From NCBI GenBank assembly GCA_964016885.1, contig OZ024742.1, positions 42,656,001 to 42,720,000 of the forward strand: 64,000 nucleotides of DNA. The letters are read 5' to 3'. The notes under the pieces were generated by a model that saw only the letters and a program-made list of their open reading frames with translations, did not search any database and was not told the origin of the DNA. This DNA is from Eledone cirrhosa (taxonomy: Eukaryota). A program made the translations under genes and the position numbers. Position 1 is the first letter of the stretch; the number at the start of each line of letters is the position of its first letter. Shown piece by piece: positions 11,647-26,751 of the stretch.

Positions 11647-12765
11647 AAACCTTTAGCAGTTAAACCGGCCATATCCGGCCAGAATTCTCTCACCTCTTTA
11701 TGTTCAAACTGCCCGTAACTGGCTGTTCATACTGAAGTTAAGGTATTGTTCTCAAAATAAATAATAGATTCGATATTATGTGAGATAATTATGTGAGATA
11801 AAGCCTTTACCATTAAATATAATCTATATATATAAAACTGAGGATGTCTGTCTGTGTGCGTGTGCGTTTGAATCCATAAAACTCGAGAACCACCCAACCG
11901 ACTGTTTTCAAACTTTACGCATGTAATACTTATGTTTCAGGGAGTGTTCTGAGCACAAAAATTTCAAATTTTCAATGCCCTAGGGACCACATTAGGCGAT
12001 TTAGCGATCTATCTCTATAACTCTTAGTCTTTCTCTTTTTAGATAGATACATACATATAACGGCGCGCCCTTATAATATCTGTCTGTATGTCTGGCTGTC
12101 TACATTACGTCACTTCCCTGAGGATGTCTGTTTCTGTGTGTGTGTCTGTGAGTTTGAATCCCTAAAACTCGAGAAGTACCCAACCGATTTTTTTCAAACT
12201 TTACATGTGTATTACTTATGTTTCAGGGAGTGTTATGCACATAAATTTAACTTTTTGATTTATTAGGTGAAAAACTGCGTTTTTTCAGCTTTTTAGGGGT
12301 TTTTTTGAGGCGTTACGTCAGACCGATTTCCTCGAAATTGTAACTATGTATTAGTCAGTCTCTTCTTCATACCGTGAGCAAAGAAAATCCAACTTTTCTA
12401 TGGCCTCGGGCCCGCATTAGGTGAAAAACTTCATTTTTTCAGCTTTTTAGGGCTTTTTGGAGGCGTTACGTCTAGCCGATTTTCCCGAAATTTCAAGGCA
12501 TATTATGCACATAAAAAAAATTCATTTTCTTGATCCCCTAGGGCCGGCATTAGGGGAAAACCTACATTTTTCCTGCTTCATCGAGGAAAATCTTAAAGAT
12601 TATCCAGCCATCAGAGTATTCGGTTTATTTTCTTTACATATTGTCCAGGCATGCAGTTTTTCCACGATTAGGTCTGTTGGCGGCCCGCCTTCCAAAATAC
12701 GTTATCCCGTGCAACGCCGGGTACCACTGCTAGTAATATATATAGAGTAAATGCTAAAGGGTTAA
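11647..12765. mobile_element. TTAA-flanked piggyBac-like MITE (about 210 bp) split by a Helitron
   Basis: Ends CCTTTAGCA and TGCTAAAGGGTTAA. Uninterrupted copies at about 41192-41417, 45594-45807 and 46250-46456. Confidence 0.75.
11823..12733 (+). mobile_element. Non-autonomous Helitron
   Basis: 5' TCTATATATATAAAACTGAGG. 3' hairpin CCCGTGCAACGCCGGG then CTAG. A^T target. Internal duplication of the 5' segment near 12118. Confidence 0.9.
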
Positions 12766-13304
12766 TACAGTTCTCAGTAAGGTTCAGTGAGATACAATGT
12801 GTGACAAGGTTGGCAATTTGAATTACTGCTACAACTCATTGTCTTGTTTAGGGATACAATATATCACAGAGAATTGAACTCACAGACGTATGATAATAAG
12901 CCAAACACCCTAACCACTACGCCACATGCTTTCACAGTAGTTGTAGTATGCTGATAAAAGACTATTTGCCAATCAGTTTATTTTTTTCTTCTCAAATGTT
13001 CATCTATTGTTGTTGATTTTTTTTTTGGGGGGGGGGGGGGGGCGTTCCCCCACCCTCTTCACCACTTCAGAGCTCTGTCTGCCATTATTGAAATATTGTT
13101 TAACTGTAATTACAGAATAGATCAACGAATTACAGGAACTCATCACATATATTCACTGCACAGTGGGCATGTAGACTGCGTCTTTGAGCTTATCTAGATT
13201 GTTCTGAAATACAACGTACTTGAGCTTGTATCTACTTCAGATTCCAATGCTTACATCTATACATCTATACATACATACACACATCTAAAACAACCAATAT
13301 TTAT

Positions 13305-13327
13305 ATGTGTGTGTGTATGTGTGTACG

Positions 13328-13405
<78 letters not shown>

Positions 13406-13445
13406 AATGTATGTATATATATGTATATATATATATATGTATATA

Positions 13446-13525
<80 letters not shown>

Positions 13526-13565
13526 AATGTATGTATGTATATGTATATGTATATATATGTATATA

Positions 13566-13608
<43 letters not shown>

Positions 13609-13728
13609 GCATGTATACATACATACATACATACATACATGTACATACATACATACATACATACATGTACATACATACATACATACATACATACATACAT
13701 ACATACATACATACATGCATACATACAT
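13305..13728. repeat. (TA)n/(TACA)n microsatellite
   Basis: Read directly. Confidence 0.95.
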
Positions 13729-13819
13729 TCTTCTATCTTCCTATTTACAGACATTGAATTCTCTTACAGAATGGGAACATTTATAAATTCATGCATTCCA
13801 CCTTGGTATCATGTGTGAA

Positions 13820-16800
13820 GTACCATGTATGACAGACACACTGTGGTACCCTATATTTAGAGATGTATGACGGACACAGTGTGGTACCATATATTTAGAG
13901 ATGTATGACAGACACACTGTGGTACTATATATCTAGAGATGTATGACAGACACACTGTGGTACCCTATATTTAGAGATGTATGACAGACACAGTGTGATA
14001 CCCTATATTTAGAGATGTATGACAGACACACTGTGGTACCCTATATTTAGAGATGTATGATAGACACACTGTGGTACCATGTATTTAGAGATGTATGACA
14101 GACACAGTATGGTACCATATATTTAGAGTTGTATGACAGACACACTGTGGTACCATATATTTAGAGATGTATGACAGACACAGTGTGGTACCATATATTT
14201 AGAGATGTATGACAGACACAGTGTGGTACCATATATTTAGAGATGTATGACAGACACAGTGTGGTACCATATATTTAGGGATGTATGACAGACACAGTGT
14301 GGTACCATATATTTAGAGATGTATGACAGACACAGTGTGGTACCATATATTTAGAGATGTATAACAGACACAGTGTGGTACCATATATTTAGAGATGTAT
14401 GACAGACACACTGTGGTACCATATATTTAGAGATGTATGACAGACACAGTGTGGTACCCTATATTTAGAGATGTATGATAGACACACTGTGGTACCATAT
14501 ATTTAGAGATGTATGACAGACACAGTGTGGTACCATATATTTAGAAATGTATGACAGACACACTGTGGTACCATGTATTTAGAGTTGTATGACAGACACA
14601 CTGTGGTACCATATATTTAGAGATGTATGACAGACACACTGTGGTACCCTGTATTTAGAGATGTATGACAAACACAGTGTGGTACCATATATTTAGAGAT
14701 GTATGACAGACACAGTGTGGTACCATATATTTAGAGATGTATGACAGACACACTGTGGTACCATGTATTTAGAGATGTATGACAGACACAGTGTGGTACC
14801 ATGTATTTAGGGATATATGACAGACACAGTGTGGTACCATATATTTAGAGATGTATGACAGACACACTGTGGTACCATATATTTAGAGATGTATGACAGA
14901 CACACTGTGGTACCATATATTTAGAGATGTATGACAGACACACTGTGGTACCATGTATTTAGAGATGTATTACAGACACAGTGTGGTACCATGTATTTAG
15001 GGATATATGACAGACACAGTGTGGTACCATATATTTAGAGATTATGACAGACACAGTGTGGTACCATATATTTAGAGATGTATGACAGAAACACTGTGGT
15101 ACCATATATTTAGAGATGTATGACAGACACAGTGTGGTACCCTATATTTAGAGATGTATGACAGACACAGTGTGGTACCATGTATTTAGGGATATATGAC
15201 AGACACAGTGTGGTACCCTATATTTAGAGATGTATGACAGACACACTGTGGTACCCTATATTTAGAGATGTATGACAGACACACTGTGGTACCCTATATT
15301 TAGAGATGTATGACAGACACACTGTGGTACCATGTATTTAGGGATGTATGACAGACACAGTGTGGTACCATATATTTATAGATGTATGACAGACACAGTG
15401 TGGTACCATATATTTAGAGATGTATGACAGACACAGTGTGGTACCATATATTTAGAGATGTATGACAGACACACTGTGGTACAATATATTTAGAGATGTA
15501 TGACAGACACAGTGTGGTACCATATATTTAGAGATGTATGACAGACACAGTGTGGTACCCTATATTTAGAGATGTTTGACATACACAGTGTGGTACCATA
15601 TATTTATAGATGTATGACAGACAGTGTGGTACCATATATTTAGATATGTATGACAGACACAGTGTGGTACCATGTGTTTAGAGATGTATGACAGACACAG
15701 TGTGGTACCCTATATTTAGAGCTGTATGACAGACACAGTGTGGTATCATGTATTTAGGGATATATGACAGACACAGTGTGGTACCATATATTTAGAGATG
15801 TATGACAGACACACTGTGGTACCATATATTTAGAGATGTATGACAGACACAGTGTGGTACAATATATTTAGAGATGTATGACAGACACAGTGTGGTACCA
15901 AGTATTTATAGATGTATGACAAACACAGTGTGGTACCCTATATTTAGAGATGTATGACAGACACAGTGTGGTACCATGTATTTAGGGATATATGACAGAC
16001 ACAGTGTGGTACCATGTATTTAGAGATGTATGACAGACACAGTGTGGTACCATATATTTAGAGATGTATGACAGACACACTGTGGTACCCTATATTTAGA
16101 GATGTATGACAGACACAGTGTGGTACCATATATTTAGAGATGTATGACAGACACACTGTGGGACTATATATCTAGAGATGTATGACAGATACACTGTGGT
16201 ACTATATATCTAGAGACGTATGACAGACACACTGTGGTACCCTATATTTAGAGTGGTATGACAGACACACTGTCGTACTATATATCTAGAGACGTATGAC
16301 AGACACACTGTGGTACCCTATATTTAGAGATCTAAGACAGACACAGTGTGGTACCATATATTTAGAGATGTATGACAGACACAGTGTGGTACCATATATT
16401 TAGAGATGTATGACGGACACAGTGTGGTACCATGTATTTAGGGATATATGACAGACACAGTGTTGTACCGTGTATTTAGGGATATATGACAGACACAGTG
16501 TGGTACCATATATTTAGAGATGTATGACAGACACACTGTGGTACCATATATTTAGGTATGTATGACAGACACAGTGTGGTACCATATATTTAGAGATGTA
16601 TGACAGACACAGTGTGGTACCATATATCTAGAGATGTATGACAGACACAGTGTGGTACCATATATTTAGAGATGTATGACAGGTACACTGTGGTACCATA
16701 TATTTAGAGATGTATGACAGACACATTGTGTTACCATATATTTAGAGTTGTATGACAGACACACTGTGGTACCATGTATTTAGGGATGTATGACAGACAC

Positions 16801-19800
16801 AGTGTGGTACCATGTATTTAGGGATGTATGACAGACACACTGTGGTACCATGTATTTAGAGATGTATGACAGGCACAGTGTAGTTCCATGTATTTAGAGA
16901 TGTATGACAGACACAATGTGGTACCATGTATTTATAGATGTATGACAGACACAGTGTGGTACCATATATTTACGGACGTATGACAGACAAAGTGTGGTAC
17001 CCTATATTTAGAGATGTTTGACAGACACAGTGTGGTACCATAGATTTAGAGATGTATGACAGACACACTGTGGTACCCTATATTTAGATATGCATGACAG
17101 ACACACTGTGGTACCATATATTTAGAGATGTATGACAGACACACTGTGGTACCATATATATAGAGATGCATGACAGACACAGTGTGGTAGCATATATTTA
17201 GAGATGTATGACAGACACAGTGTGGTACGATGTATTTAGAGATGTATGACAGACACACTGTGGTACCCTATATTTAGAGATGTATGATAGACACACTGTG
17301 GTACCATGTATTTAGAGATGTATGACAGACACAGTGTGGTACCATATATTCAGAGTTGTATGACAGACACAGTGTGGTACCATATATTTAGGGATGTATG
17401 ACAGACACAGTGTGGTACCATATATTTAGAGATGTATGACAGACACAGTGTGGTACCATATATTTAGAGATGTATGACAGACACGGTGTGGTACCATATA
17501 TTTAGAGATGTATGACAGACACACTGTGGTACCATATATTTAGAGATGTATGACAGACAGACTGTGGTACCATGTATTTAGAGAGGTACGACAGACACAG
17601 TGTGGTACCATGTATTTAGGGATATATGACAGACACAGTGTGGTACCATATATTTAGAGTTGTATGACAGACACAGTGTGGTACCATATATTTAGAGATG
17701 TATGACAGACACATTGTGGTACCATATATTTAGAGTTGTATGACAGACACACTGTGGTACCATGTATTTAGGGATGTATGACAGACACATTGTGGTACCA
17801 TGTATTTAGTGATGTATGACAGACCCTCTGTGGTACCATGTATTTAGAGATGTATGACAGACACACTGTGGTACCATATATTTAGAGATGTATGACAGGC
17901 ACAGTGTAGTTCCATGTATTTATAGATGTATGACAGACACAGTGTGGTACCATGTATTTAGGGATATATGACAGACACAGTGTGGTACCATGTATTTAGA
18001 GATGTATGACAGACACACTCTGGTAACCTATATTTAGAGATGTATGACAGACACAGTGTGGTACCATATATTTAGAGATGTATGACAGACACACTGTGGT
18101 ACTATATATCTAGAGATGTATGACAGACACACTGTGGTACTATATATCTAGAGATGTATGACAGACACACTGTGGTACCCTATATTTAGAGTTGTATGAC
18201 AGACACACTGTGGTACTATATATCTAGAGATGTATGACAGACACACTGTGGTACCCTATATTTAGAGATCTATGATAGACACAGTGTGGTACCATATATT
18301 TAGAGATGTATGACAGACACAGTGTGGTACCATATATTTAGAGATGTATGACAGACACAGTGTGGTACCATGTATTTAGGGATATATGACAGACACAGTG
18401 TGGTACCGTGTATTTAGGGATATATGACAGACACAGTGTGGTACCATATATTTAGAGATGTATGACAGACACACTGTGGTACCATATATTTAGGGATGTA
18501 TGACAGACACAGTGTGGTACCATATATTTAGAGATGTATGTCAGACACAGTGTGGTACCATATATCTAGAGATGTATGACAGACACAGTGTGGTACCATA
18601 TATCTAGAGATGTATGACAGACACAATGTGGTACCATGTATTTAGAGATGTATGACAGACACACTGTGGTACCATATATTTAGAGATGTATGACAGGCAC
18701 AGTGTAGTTCCATGTATTTAGAGATGTATGACAGACACAATGTGGTACCATGTATTTATAGATGTATGACAGGCACAGTGTGGTACCATATATTTAGGGA
18801 CGTATGACAGACACAGTGTGGTACCATATATTTAGGGATGTATGACAGACACAGTGTGGTACCATGTATTTAGAGATGTATGACAGACACAGTGTGGTAC
18901 CATATATTTAGAGATGTAAGACAGACACACTGTGGTACCTTATATTTAGAGATGTATGACAGACACACTGTGGTACCATGTATTTAGAGATGTATGACAG
19001 ACACAGTGTGGTACCATATATTAGAGATGTATGACAGACACAGTGTCGTACTATATATCTAGAGATGTATGACAGACACACTGTGGTACCCTATATTTAG
19101 AGATGTATGACAGACACACTGTGGTACCCTATATTTAGAGATGTATGACAGACACACTGTGGTACCCTATATTTAGAGATGTATGATAGACACACTGTGG
19201 TACCATGTACTTAGAGATGTATGACGGACACAGCGTGGTACCATATATTTAGAGATGTATGAAAGACACAGTGTGGTACCATATATTTAGAGATGTATGA
19301 CAGACACAGTGTGGTACCATGTATTTAGAGTTGTATGACAGACACACTGTGGTACCATATATTTAGAGATGTATGACAGACACACTGTGGTACCCTATAT
19401 TTAGAGATGTATGACAGACATAGTGTGGTACCATATATTTAGAGATGTATGACAGACACAGTGTGGTACCATATATTTAGAGATGTATGACAGACACACT
19501 GTGGTACCATATATTTAGAGATGTATGACAGACACACTGTGGTACCATGTATTTAGAGGTGTACGACAGACACAGTGTGGTACCATGTATTTAGGGATAT
19601 ATGACAGACACAGTGTGGTACCATATATTTAGAAATGTATGACAGACACACTGTGGTACCATATATTTAGAGATGTATGACAGACACATTGTGGTACCAT
19701 ATATTTAGAGATGTATGACAGACACACTGTGGTACCATATATTTAGAGATCTATGACAGACACAGTGTGGTACCATGTATTTAGGGATATATGACAGACA

Positions 19801-22420
19801 CAGTGTGGTACCCTATATTTAGAGATGTATTACAGACACACTGTGGTACCCTATATTTAGAGATGTATGACAGACACACTGTGGTACCATATATTTAGAG
19901 ATGTATGACAGACACACTGTGGTACCATGTATTTAGGGATGTATGACAGACACAGTGTGGTACCATATATTTAGAGATGTATGACAGACACAGTGTGGTA
20001 CCATATATTTAGAGATGTATGACAGACACAGTGTGGTACCATATATTTAGAGATGTATGACAGACACAGTGTGGTACCATATATTTAGAGATGTATGACA
20101 GACACACTGTGGTACCATGTATTTAGAGATGTATGACAAACACACTGTGGTACCATGTATTTAGAGATGTACGACAGACACAGTGTGGTACCATGTATTT
20201 AGGGATATATGACAGACACAGTGTGGTACCATATATTTAGAGATGTATGACAGGCACAGTGTGGTACCATATATTTAGAGATGTATGACAGACACACTGT
20301 GGTACCATATATTTAGAGATGTATGACAGACACATTGTGGTACCATATATTTAGAGATGTATGACAGAAACACTGGGGTACCATATATTTAGAGATCTAT
20401 GACAGACACAGTGTCGTACCATGTATTTAGGGATATATGACAGACACAGTGTGGTACCCTATATTTAGAGATGTATCACAGACACACTGTGGTACCATAT
20501 ATTTAGAGATGTATGACAGACACAGTGTGGTACCATGTATTTAGGGATGTATGACAGACACAGTGTGGTACCATATATTTAGAGATGTATGACAGACACA
20601 GTGTGGTACCATATATTTAGAGATGTATGACAGACACAGTGTGGTACCATATATTTAGAGATGTATGACAGACACAGTGTGGTACCCTATATTTAGAGAT
20701 GTTTGACAGACACAGTGTGGTACCATATATTTAGAGATGTTTGACAGACACAGTGTGGTACCATATATTTATAGATGTATGACAGACACAGTGTGGTACC
20801 ATATATTTATAGATGTATGACAGACACAGTGTGGTACCATATATTTATAGATGTATGACAGACACAGTGTGGTACCATATATTTAGAGATGTATGACAGA
20901 CACAGTGTGGTACCATGTATTTAGAGATGTATGACAGACACACTGTGGTACCATATATTTAGAGATGTATGACAGGCACAGTGTGGTACCATATATTTAG
21001 AGATGTATGACAGACACAGTGTGGTACCATGTATTTAGGGATATATGACAGACACAGTGTGGTACCATATATTTAGAGATGTATGACAGACACACTGTGG
21101 TACCATATATTTAGAGATGTATGACAGACACAGTGTGGTACCATGTATTTAGGGATATATGACAGACAGAGTGTGGTACCATGTATTTAGAGATGTATGA
21201 CAGACACAGTGTGGTACCATATATTTAGAGATGTATGACAGACACACTGTGGTACCCTATATTTAGAGATGTATGACAGACACACTGTGGTACTATATAT
21301 CTAGAGATGTATGACAGACACACTGTGGTACTATATATCTAGAGATGTATGACAGACACACTGTGGTACCCTATATTTAGAGTTGTATGACAGACACACT
21401 GTGGTACTATATATCTAGAGATGTATGACAGACACACTGTGGTACCCTATATTTAGAGTTGTATGACAGACACACTGTGGTACTATATATCTAGAGATGT
21501 ATGACAGACACACTGTGGTACCCTATATTTAGAGATGTATGACAGACACAGTGTGGTACCATATATTTAGAGATGTATGACAGACACAGTGTGGTACCAT
21601 ATATCTAGAGATGTATGACAGACACAGTGTGGTACCATATATTTAGATATGTATGACAGGTACGCTGTGGTACCATGTATTTAGGGATGTATGACAGACA
21701 CACGGTGGTACCATATATTTAGAATTGTATGACAGACACAGTGTGGTACCATATATTTAGAGTTGTATGACAGACACAGTGTGGTACCATATATTTAGAG
21801 ATGTATGACAGACACATTGTGGTACCATATATTTAGAGTTGTATGACAGACACACCGTGGTACCATGTATTTAGGGATGTATGACAGACACAGTGTGGTA
21901 CCATGTATTTAGGGATGTATGACAGACCCTCTGTGGTACCATGTATTTAGAGATGTATGACAGACACACTGTGGTACCATATATTTAGAGATGTATGACA
22001 GGCACAGTGTAGTTCCATGTATTTATAGATGTATGACAGACACAATGTGGTACCATGTATTTATAGATGTATGACAGACACACAGTGTGGTACCATATAT
22101 TTAGAGATGTATGTCAGACACACTGTGGTACCATGTATTTATAGATGTATGACAGACACACTGTGGTACCATATATTTAGAGATGTATGACAGACACACT
22201 GTGGTACCATGTATTTATAGATGTATGACAGACACAGTGTGGTACCATATATTTAGAGATGTTTGACAGACACACTGTGGTACCCTATATTTAGAGATGT
22301 ATGACAGACACAGTGTGGTACCATATATTTAGAGATGTATGACAGACACAGTGTGGTACCATGTATTTAGAGTTGTATGACAGACACACTGTGGTACCAT
22401 ATATTTAGAGATGTATGACA
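13820..22420. repeat. 38-bp minisatellite array, about 225 copies (GTATGACAGACACAGTGTGGTACCATATATTTAGAGAT)
   Basis: Head-to-tail period of 38 with point variants and no spacers. Confidence 0.97.
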
Positions 22421-22498
22421 TATTCTTATTTCACATTTGTAAATTTACGTTTAACATATAGAATTTTATTTTTTATTCTTAATCGTTTCTATTATATA

Positions 22499-23072
22499 CT
22501 AGCAGTGGTACCCAGCGTTGCACGGGATAAGGTATTGTGAAATATATAACCGCCTTAGCTAAACTTAGTATGACCACAACCATGGCTGGAAAAGAAGTAA
22601 GGGTCTGGTGGTACGTAAGTAAGCAACACGTGAGCAAGAAGTTGTGTGCACTTACCAATTGTTTGGGGAATGAGTGTGAGATTTGTCTTGAGCAAGGGTG
22701 GCAGAATAACTGGATGCAGCAGACAGTCAGACATACAGACAGATATTATAAGGGCGCGTTCTGGACACAGAGCGAATTGTAGGAAGTGAAGTAATGCAAA
22801 CAGCCAGACATACAGACAGATATTATAAGGGCGCGACTTTATATGTATCTAATTAGAAAGAGAAAGACTAAGAATTATAGAGAGAGATCGCTAAATCGCC
22901 TAATGCGGTCCCTAGGGCATTGAAAATTTGAAATTCTTTTGCTCAGAACACTCCCTGAAACATAAGTATTACATGTGTTAAATTTGAAAACAGTCAGTTG
23001 GGTGTTTCTCTAATTTTAGGGATTCAAACTCACACACACACAGGCAGACATCCTCAGTTTTATATATATAGA
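22499..23072 (-). mobile_element. Non-autonomous Helitron, same family as 11823-12733
   Basis: Shared 5' TCTATATATATAAAACTGAGG and shared 3' hairpin plus CTAG, on the - strand. Confidence 0.9.
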
Positions 23073-23074
23073 TA

Positions 23075-23151
23075 TACAGAGTGTCCTGAAAGTCACTAGA
23101 CAATTTTATGCAAATATATATATAAAATTATCTAATGAGTTTGTGGACAGC

Positions 23152-23155
<4 letters not shown>
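23075..23155. mobile_element. Tc1/mariner-type mini-MITE
   Basis: TA-CAGAGTGTCC...GGACAGCCTG-TA imperfect palindrome. A similar element lies at 27223-27304. Confidence 0.55.
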
Positions 23156-23197
<42 letters not shown>

Positions 23198-23269
23198 TTA
23201 TATATAATATTAATAGTAATAACTGGAAAATGTCACTATAGCATTATATATAGAGATATTTTCTATTTA

Positions 23270-23630
23270 TAATAATAATAATAATAATAATGAAATTATT
23301 GTGTACAGTGCTCAGGTACACTACAACTCATCAAAGGTGCATGTATAGTAGATAGAATACTATACAAAGGTCAGGGAAGTGAATAGTGTATGAGTCATGG
23401 TATACATGTGTGAGTGTGTATGGAGGGGGAATATTAGGTGTAGTGTTGGCGAATCTCAGGAAGCATGGAGGTTTTAAAGGACGCAGTGTTTTGACAGCTA
23501 ATAACCGATGCAGGTAGTTTGTTCCATGCTTCAGCAATTCTGAGCATGAAAAAATGTTTCTGAAAGTTGTGAGAGCTGTGCTGTTTTCTGACTTTGTTGG
23601 CATGCCGAAGTGTGTTAGACACATGGAAAT
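23270..23630 (-). mobile_element. CR1/L2-like LINE 3' fragment with (ATT)n tail
   Basis: Peptide HNFQKHFFMLRIAEAWNKLPASV..NTASFK is typical of CR1 C-termini. Microsatellite tail at about 23270-23291. Confidence 0.75.
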
Positions 23631-23819
23631 CAAAAAGGTACTCAGGGTTTTAATACTCCAGATAAAATTTCCAATGTAGATTGCTTCATATCTGTTGAAT
23701 AATTATCAACAAAGAAGTCTTGTTACTCTGGAGTTTTGCCTGTTTATCACAGGATCATCTACTTTGGTATTGAGTACTCTTTTCTCTCAGTCGTCAACCA
23801 CATACAGATATAAATATAT

Positions 23820-26652
23820 CATCATCATTTTACGTCCGCTTTTCCCTGCTTGCAAGGGTGGGACGGGTCTTATTCAGCACAGCATCTCTCCACTCGTCAC
23901 GGTCCCTCGTCATCTCCACCGTGAGCTTCAATGATCTGAGGTCTGTTCTCACCACCTCCGCCCATGTTTTTCGTGGTCTACCTCTACCACGTCTTCCTTC
24001 AACTGGCATTTCCTGGCACTTCTTCACCCATCGGTCATCCTCCATGCGCATCACATGTCCATACCACCTCAGTCTCCTCTCCCGTACACTACATTCTATC
24101 CCTCTCAGACACAGTTTCTCTCTCAACACATTTATGCTGGGTCGTTCACGCACATTTACACTGCACATCCAACGGAGCATGCTTGCCTCATTTCTCTCCA
24201 GCCGTCGCATATCTTCTGCGGTAGCTGCCCATGTCTCACTACCATGCAGCATTGCGCTCCTCACACAGGCATCATACAACCGGCCTTTCGTACGCAGGGA
24301 GAAACCCTTCTTCGTCAACAGAGGAAGCAGCTCCCTAAACTTCTTCCAACCCGTCCTTATTCTAGATACTATGGCCTCGGAACACCCTCCTCCCATGCTA
24401 ATCTGATCTCCTAGGTACCGGAAGCTATCCACCACTTCTATAGCGCCCTCTCGCATTTGAAAAATGTGTCTATCAGTGCGACTTCTACTGTATAATTTCC
24501 CTGTACATCTACTGCATACATATTTCTCCCTACCTGTTAGTTTGCCTGCTATCCCGCTACATCTCTTGTGTACCCAGGACCTACATTGTGTGCATTTTAT
24601 AGAATTTATGCCAGTTCCTTTTCTGCATATCGAACATGGCCATTTCCCTGACGGAATCAGGGTTTTGTCCTCTTTTCTACTCATCAACACTTTTGTCTTA
24701 GCTAGATTTACTCTCAGTCCTCTTGCTTCCAACTGCTGTTTCCATAGCCGGAATTTATTCTCTAGCTCCTCTACTGATTCTGCCATAAGAGCCAGATCGT
24801 CAGCATAGAGAAGTTCCCATGGACAGCCAGTCTTAAACTCCTCTGTTATGGCTTGGAGGACTATAATGAACAAGAGCGGGCTGAGGACCGAACCCTGATG
24901 TACTCCTACTTGTATCTGGAATTCCTCACTAAACTCCATTCCTACCCTGACTTTACTGAGAGTACCTCTGTACAAAGTTTGCACTGTCCTTACAAGCCAT
25001 TCCTCAACACCCAGCTTCCTTAGGGACCACCAGATGACAGATCGGGGTACCCTATCAAAGGCCTTCTCTAGGTCAACAAAGGCTAAGTATAGTGGCTTAT
25101 TCTTCTCTAAGAACCTCTCTTGCATTTGTCTCACCAAGAAGAGGGCATCTGTTGTACTCTTCCCAGGCACAAAACCAAACTGCATCTCATCTAGTTTGAC
25201 CCTTTCTCTAATTAGTTGTGCTAAAATCCTTTCTGCCACTTTCATAACCTGATCTATCAGTTTTATACCCCTATAATTGCTCCTCTCCAAAGCATCCCCT
25301 TTACCTTTGTAGCAATTTATGAGAATACTGCTGCACCAGTCTTTGGGTATGACACCACCATATATAGCCTGATTGATTATGCGTGCAACCAGTTTAGTGC
25401 CTACGTCCCCTGATGCCTTCAGCATCTCAGCAACTATTCCCGATGGTCCGGCCGCCTTACCATTTTTCATTTCCCTAATCGCCTCTTGGACCCTATATTC
25501 GTCAATCTCAATAGCTGGTCCCTCTGTCGGATCTACCAAGGGTAATTTCTCTCTCTCCCATTCGTTCTCCACATTCATCAGTCTCTCATAATGACATTTC
25601 CAGGCCTCCTTTTTCTGGTCATTCGTGACACTAAGTACACCGGCATCATCCCGGACACATTTATCACCAACAACATCCTGATTTGCATTGACACACTGCC
25701 TTGCAATGTGGAACACCGCACGCCTCTGATCTTCCCGTCGCAGAACATTGGCAAACCTCCTACTCTCTGCCTCCCTGCGTGCTAAGTACACCTGACGTCT
25801 AGCTTCTCTCTTAGTGGCTGTATATTCTTCCCTACTCCCACCCTTATTCCAAGCCTTCCATGCTAGTCTTTTGTCTCTAATAGCCTTATCTACACTGCTG
25901 TTCCACCACCAGGTCACTCTCTGTCTGGTTGGAGCTCTGCTCCAGCCACAGGTTTCATCAGTAGCCTTCAGCAAGTTGTCACGTAAGAACTTCCAGTTAT
26001 TATCTATGTCATACGTCTCTAAATCGTCTTCTTTTTCGTCATATACATCTTGAAGGGCTTTCCTAAATTTGAATTTTAGTGAAAGGTCTTTTAGCTTCCA
26101 GACCTTTCTTCTCCACACCTTCCTATATGTCTCATTCCATCTCTTGCTTACTGAGATATCACTAACAACTAACCTATGCTGTGGGGTACATTCTTCCCCA
26201 GGGTATGCCTTGGTATTAGACACTATCTGCCTGTCCCGCTGCCTAACTAGCAGGAAGTCAATCTGGCTTATGTGCTCACCAGATTTGTAGGTTATTAGGT
26301 GATTGGCAGGTTTCTGGAAGTTTGTGTTGCAAATAGTCAATGTACTTGCATCACAAAATTCAAGAAGTCTCACTCCTTCTTCATTTCTTGAACCGTAACC
26401 GTGCCCACCATGTACCCCAGTGTAACCATCCTGGAGCTGTCCAACATGACCATTGAAGTCTCCTGCTAGCATAACGATGTCTCCGTCCTCTGTCATTGTG
26501 GTTGTTTGCAAAAGTTGCTCATAAAAGCAGTCTTTCTCATCTTTGCCTAGGCCTGCTTGGGGAGCATAGACCGAGATGATTGTCAGTAGTCTCCTACCTA
26601 CAACTAATCTAAGCTTAATTATTCGATTACTAACTCGAACTACCTCTATTGT

Positions 26653-26655
<3 letters not shown>
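23820..26655 (-). mobile_element. RTE-clade LINE, family A, 5'-truncated
   Basis: (GAT)n tail, ORF stop inside the 3' terminal motif, truncation in the APE domain abutting (TA)n. Confidence 0.92.
23830..26655 (-). CDS. RTE ORF: partial APE, RT and PHD-like finger (about 940 codons, open)
   Basis: [67 protein letters not shown]. The IY-repeat N-terminus in the ORF track comes from the microsatellite. Confidence 0.9.
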
Positions 26656-26738
<83 letters not shown>

Positions 26739-26751
26739 TACACACACACTC

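Noticed and set aside
13820-22420. CRISPR-like array (38-bp unit with dyad symmetry)
   Set aside because: No unique spacers, no cas genes and a eukaryotic context. It is a tandem minisatellite.
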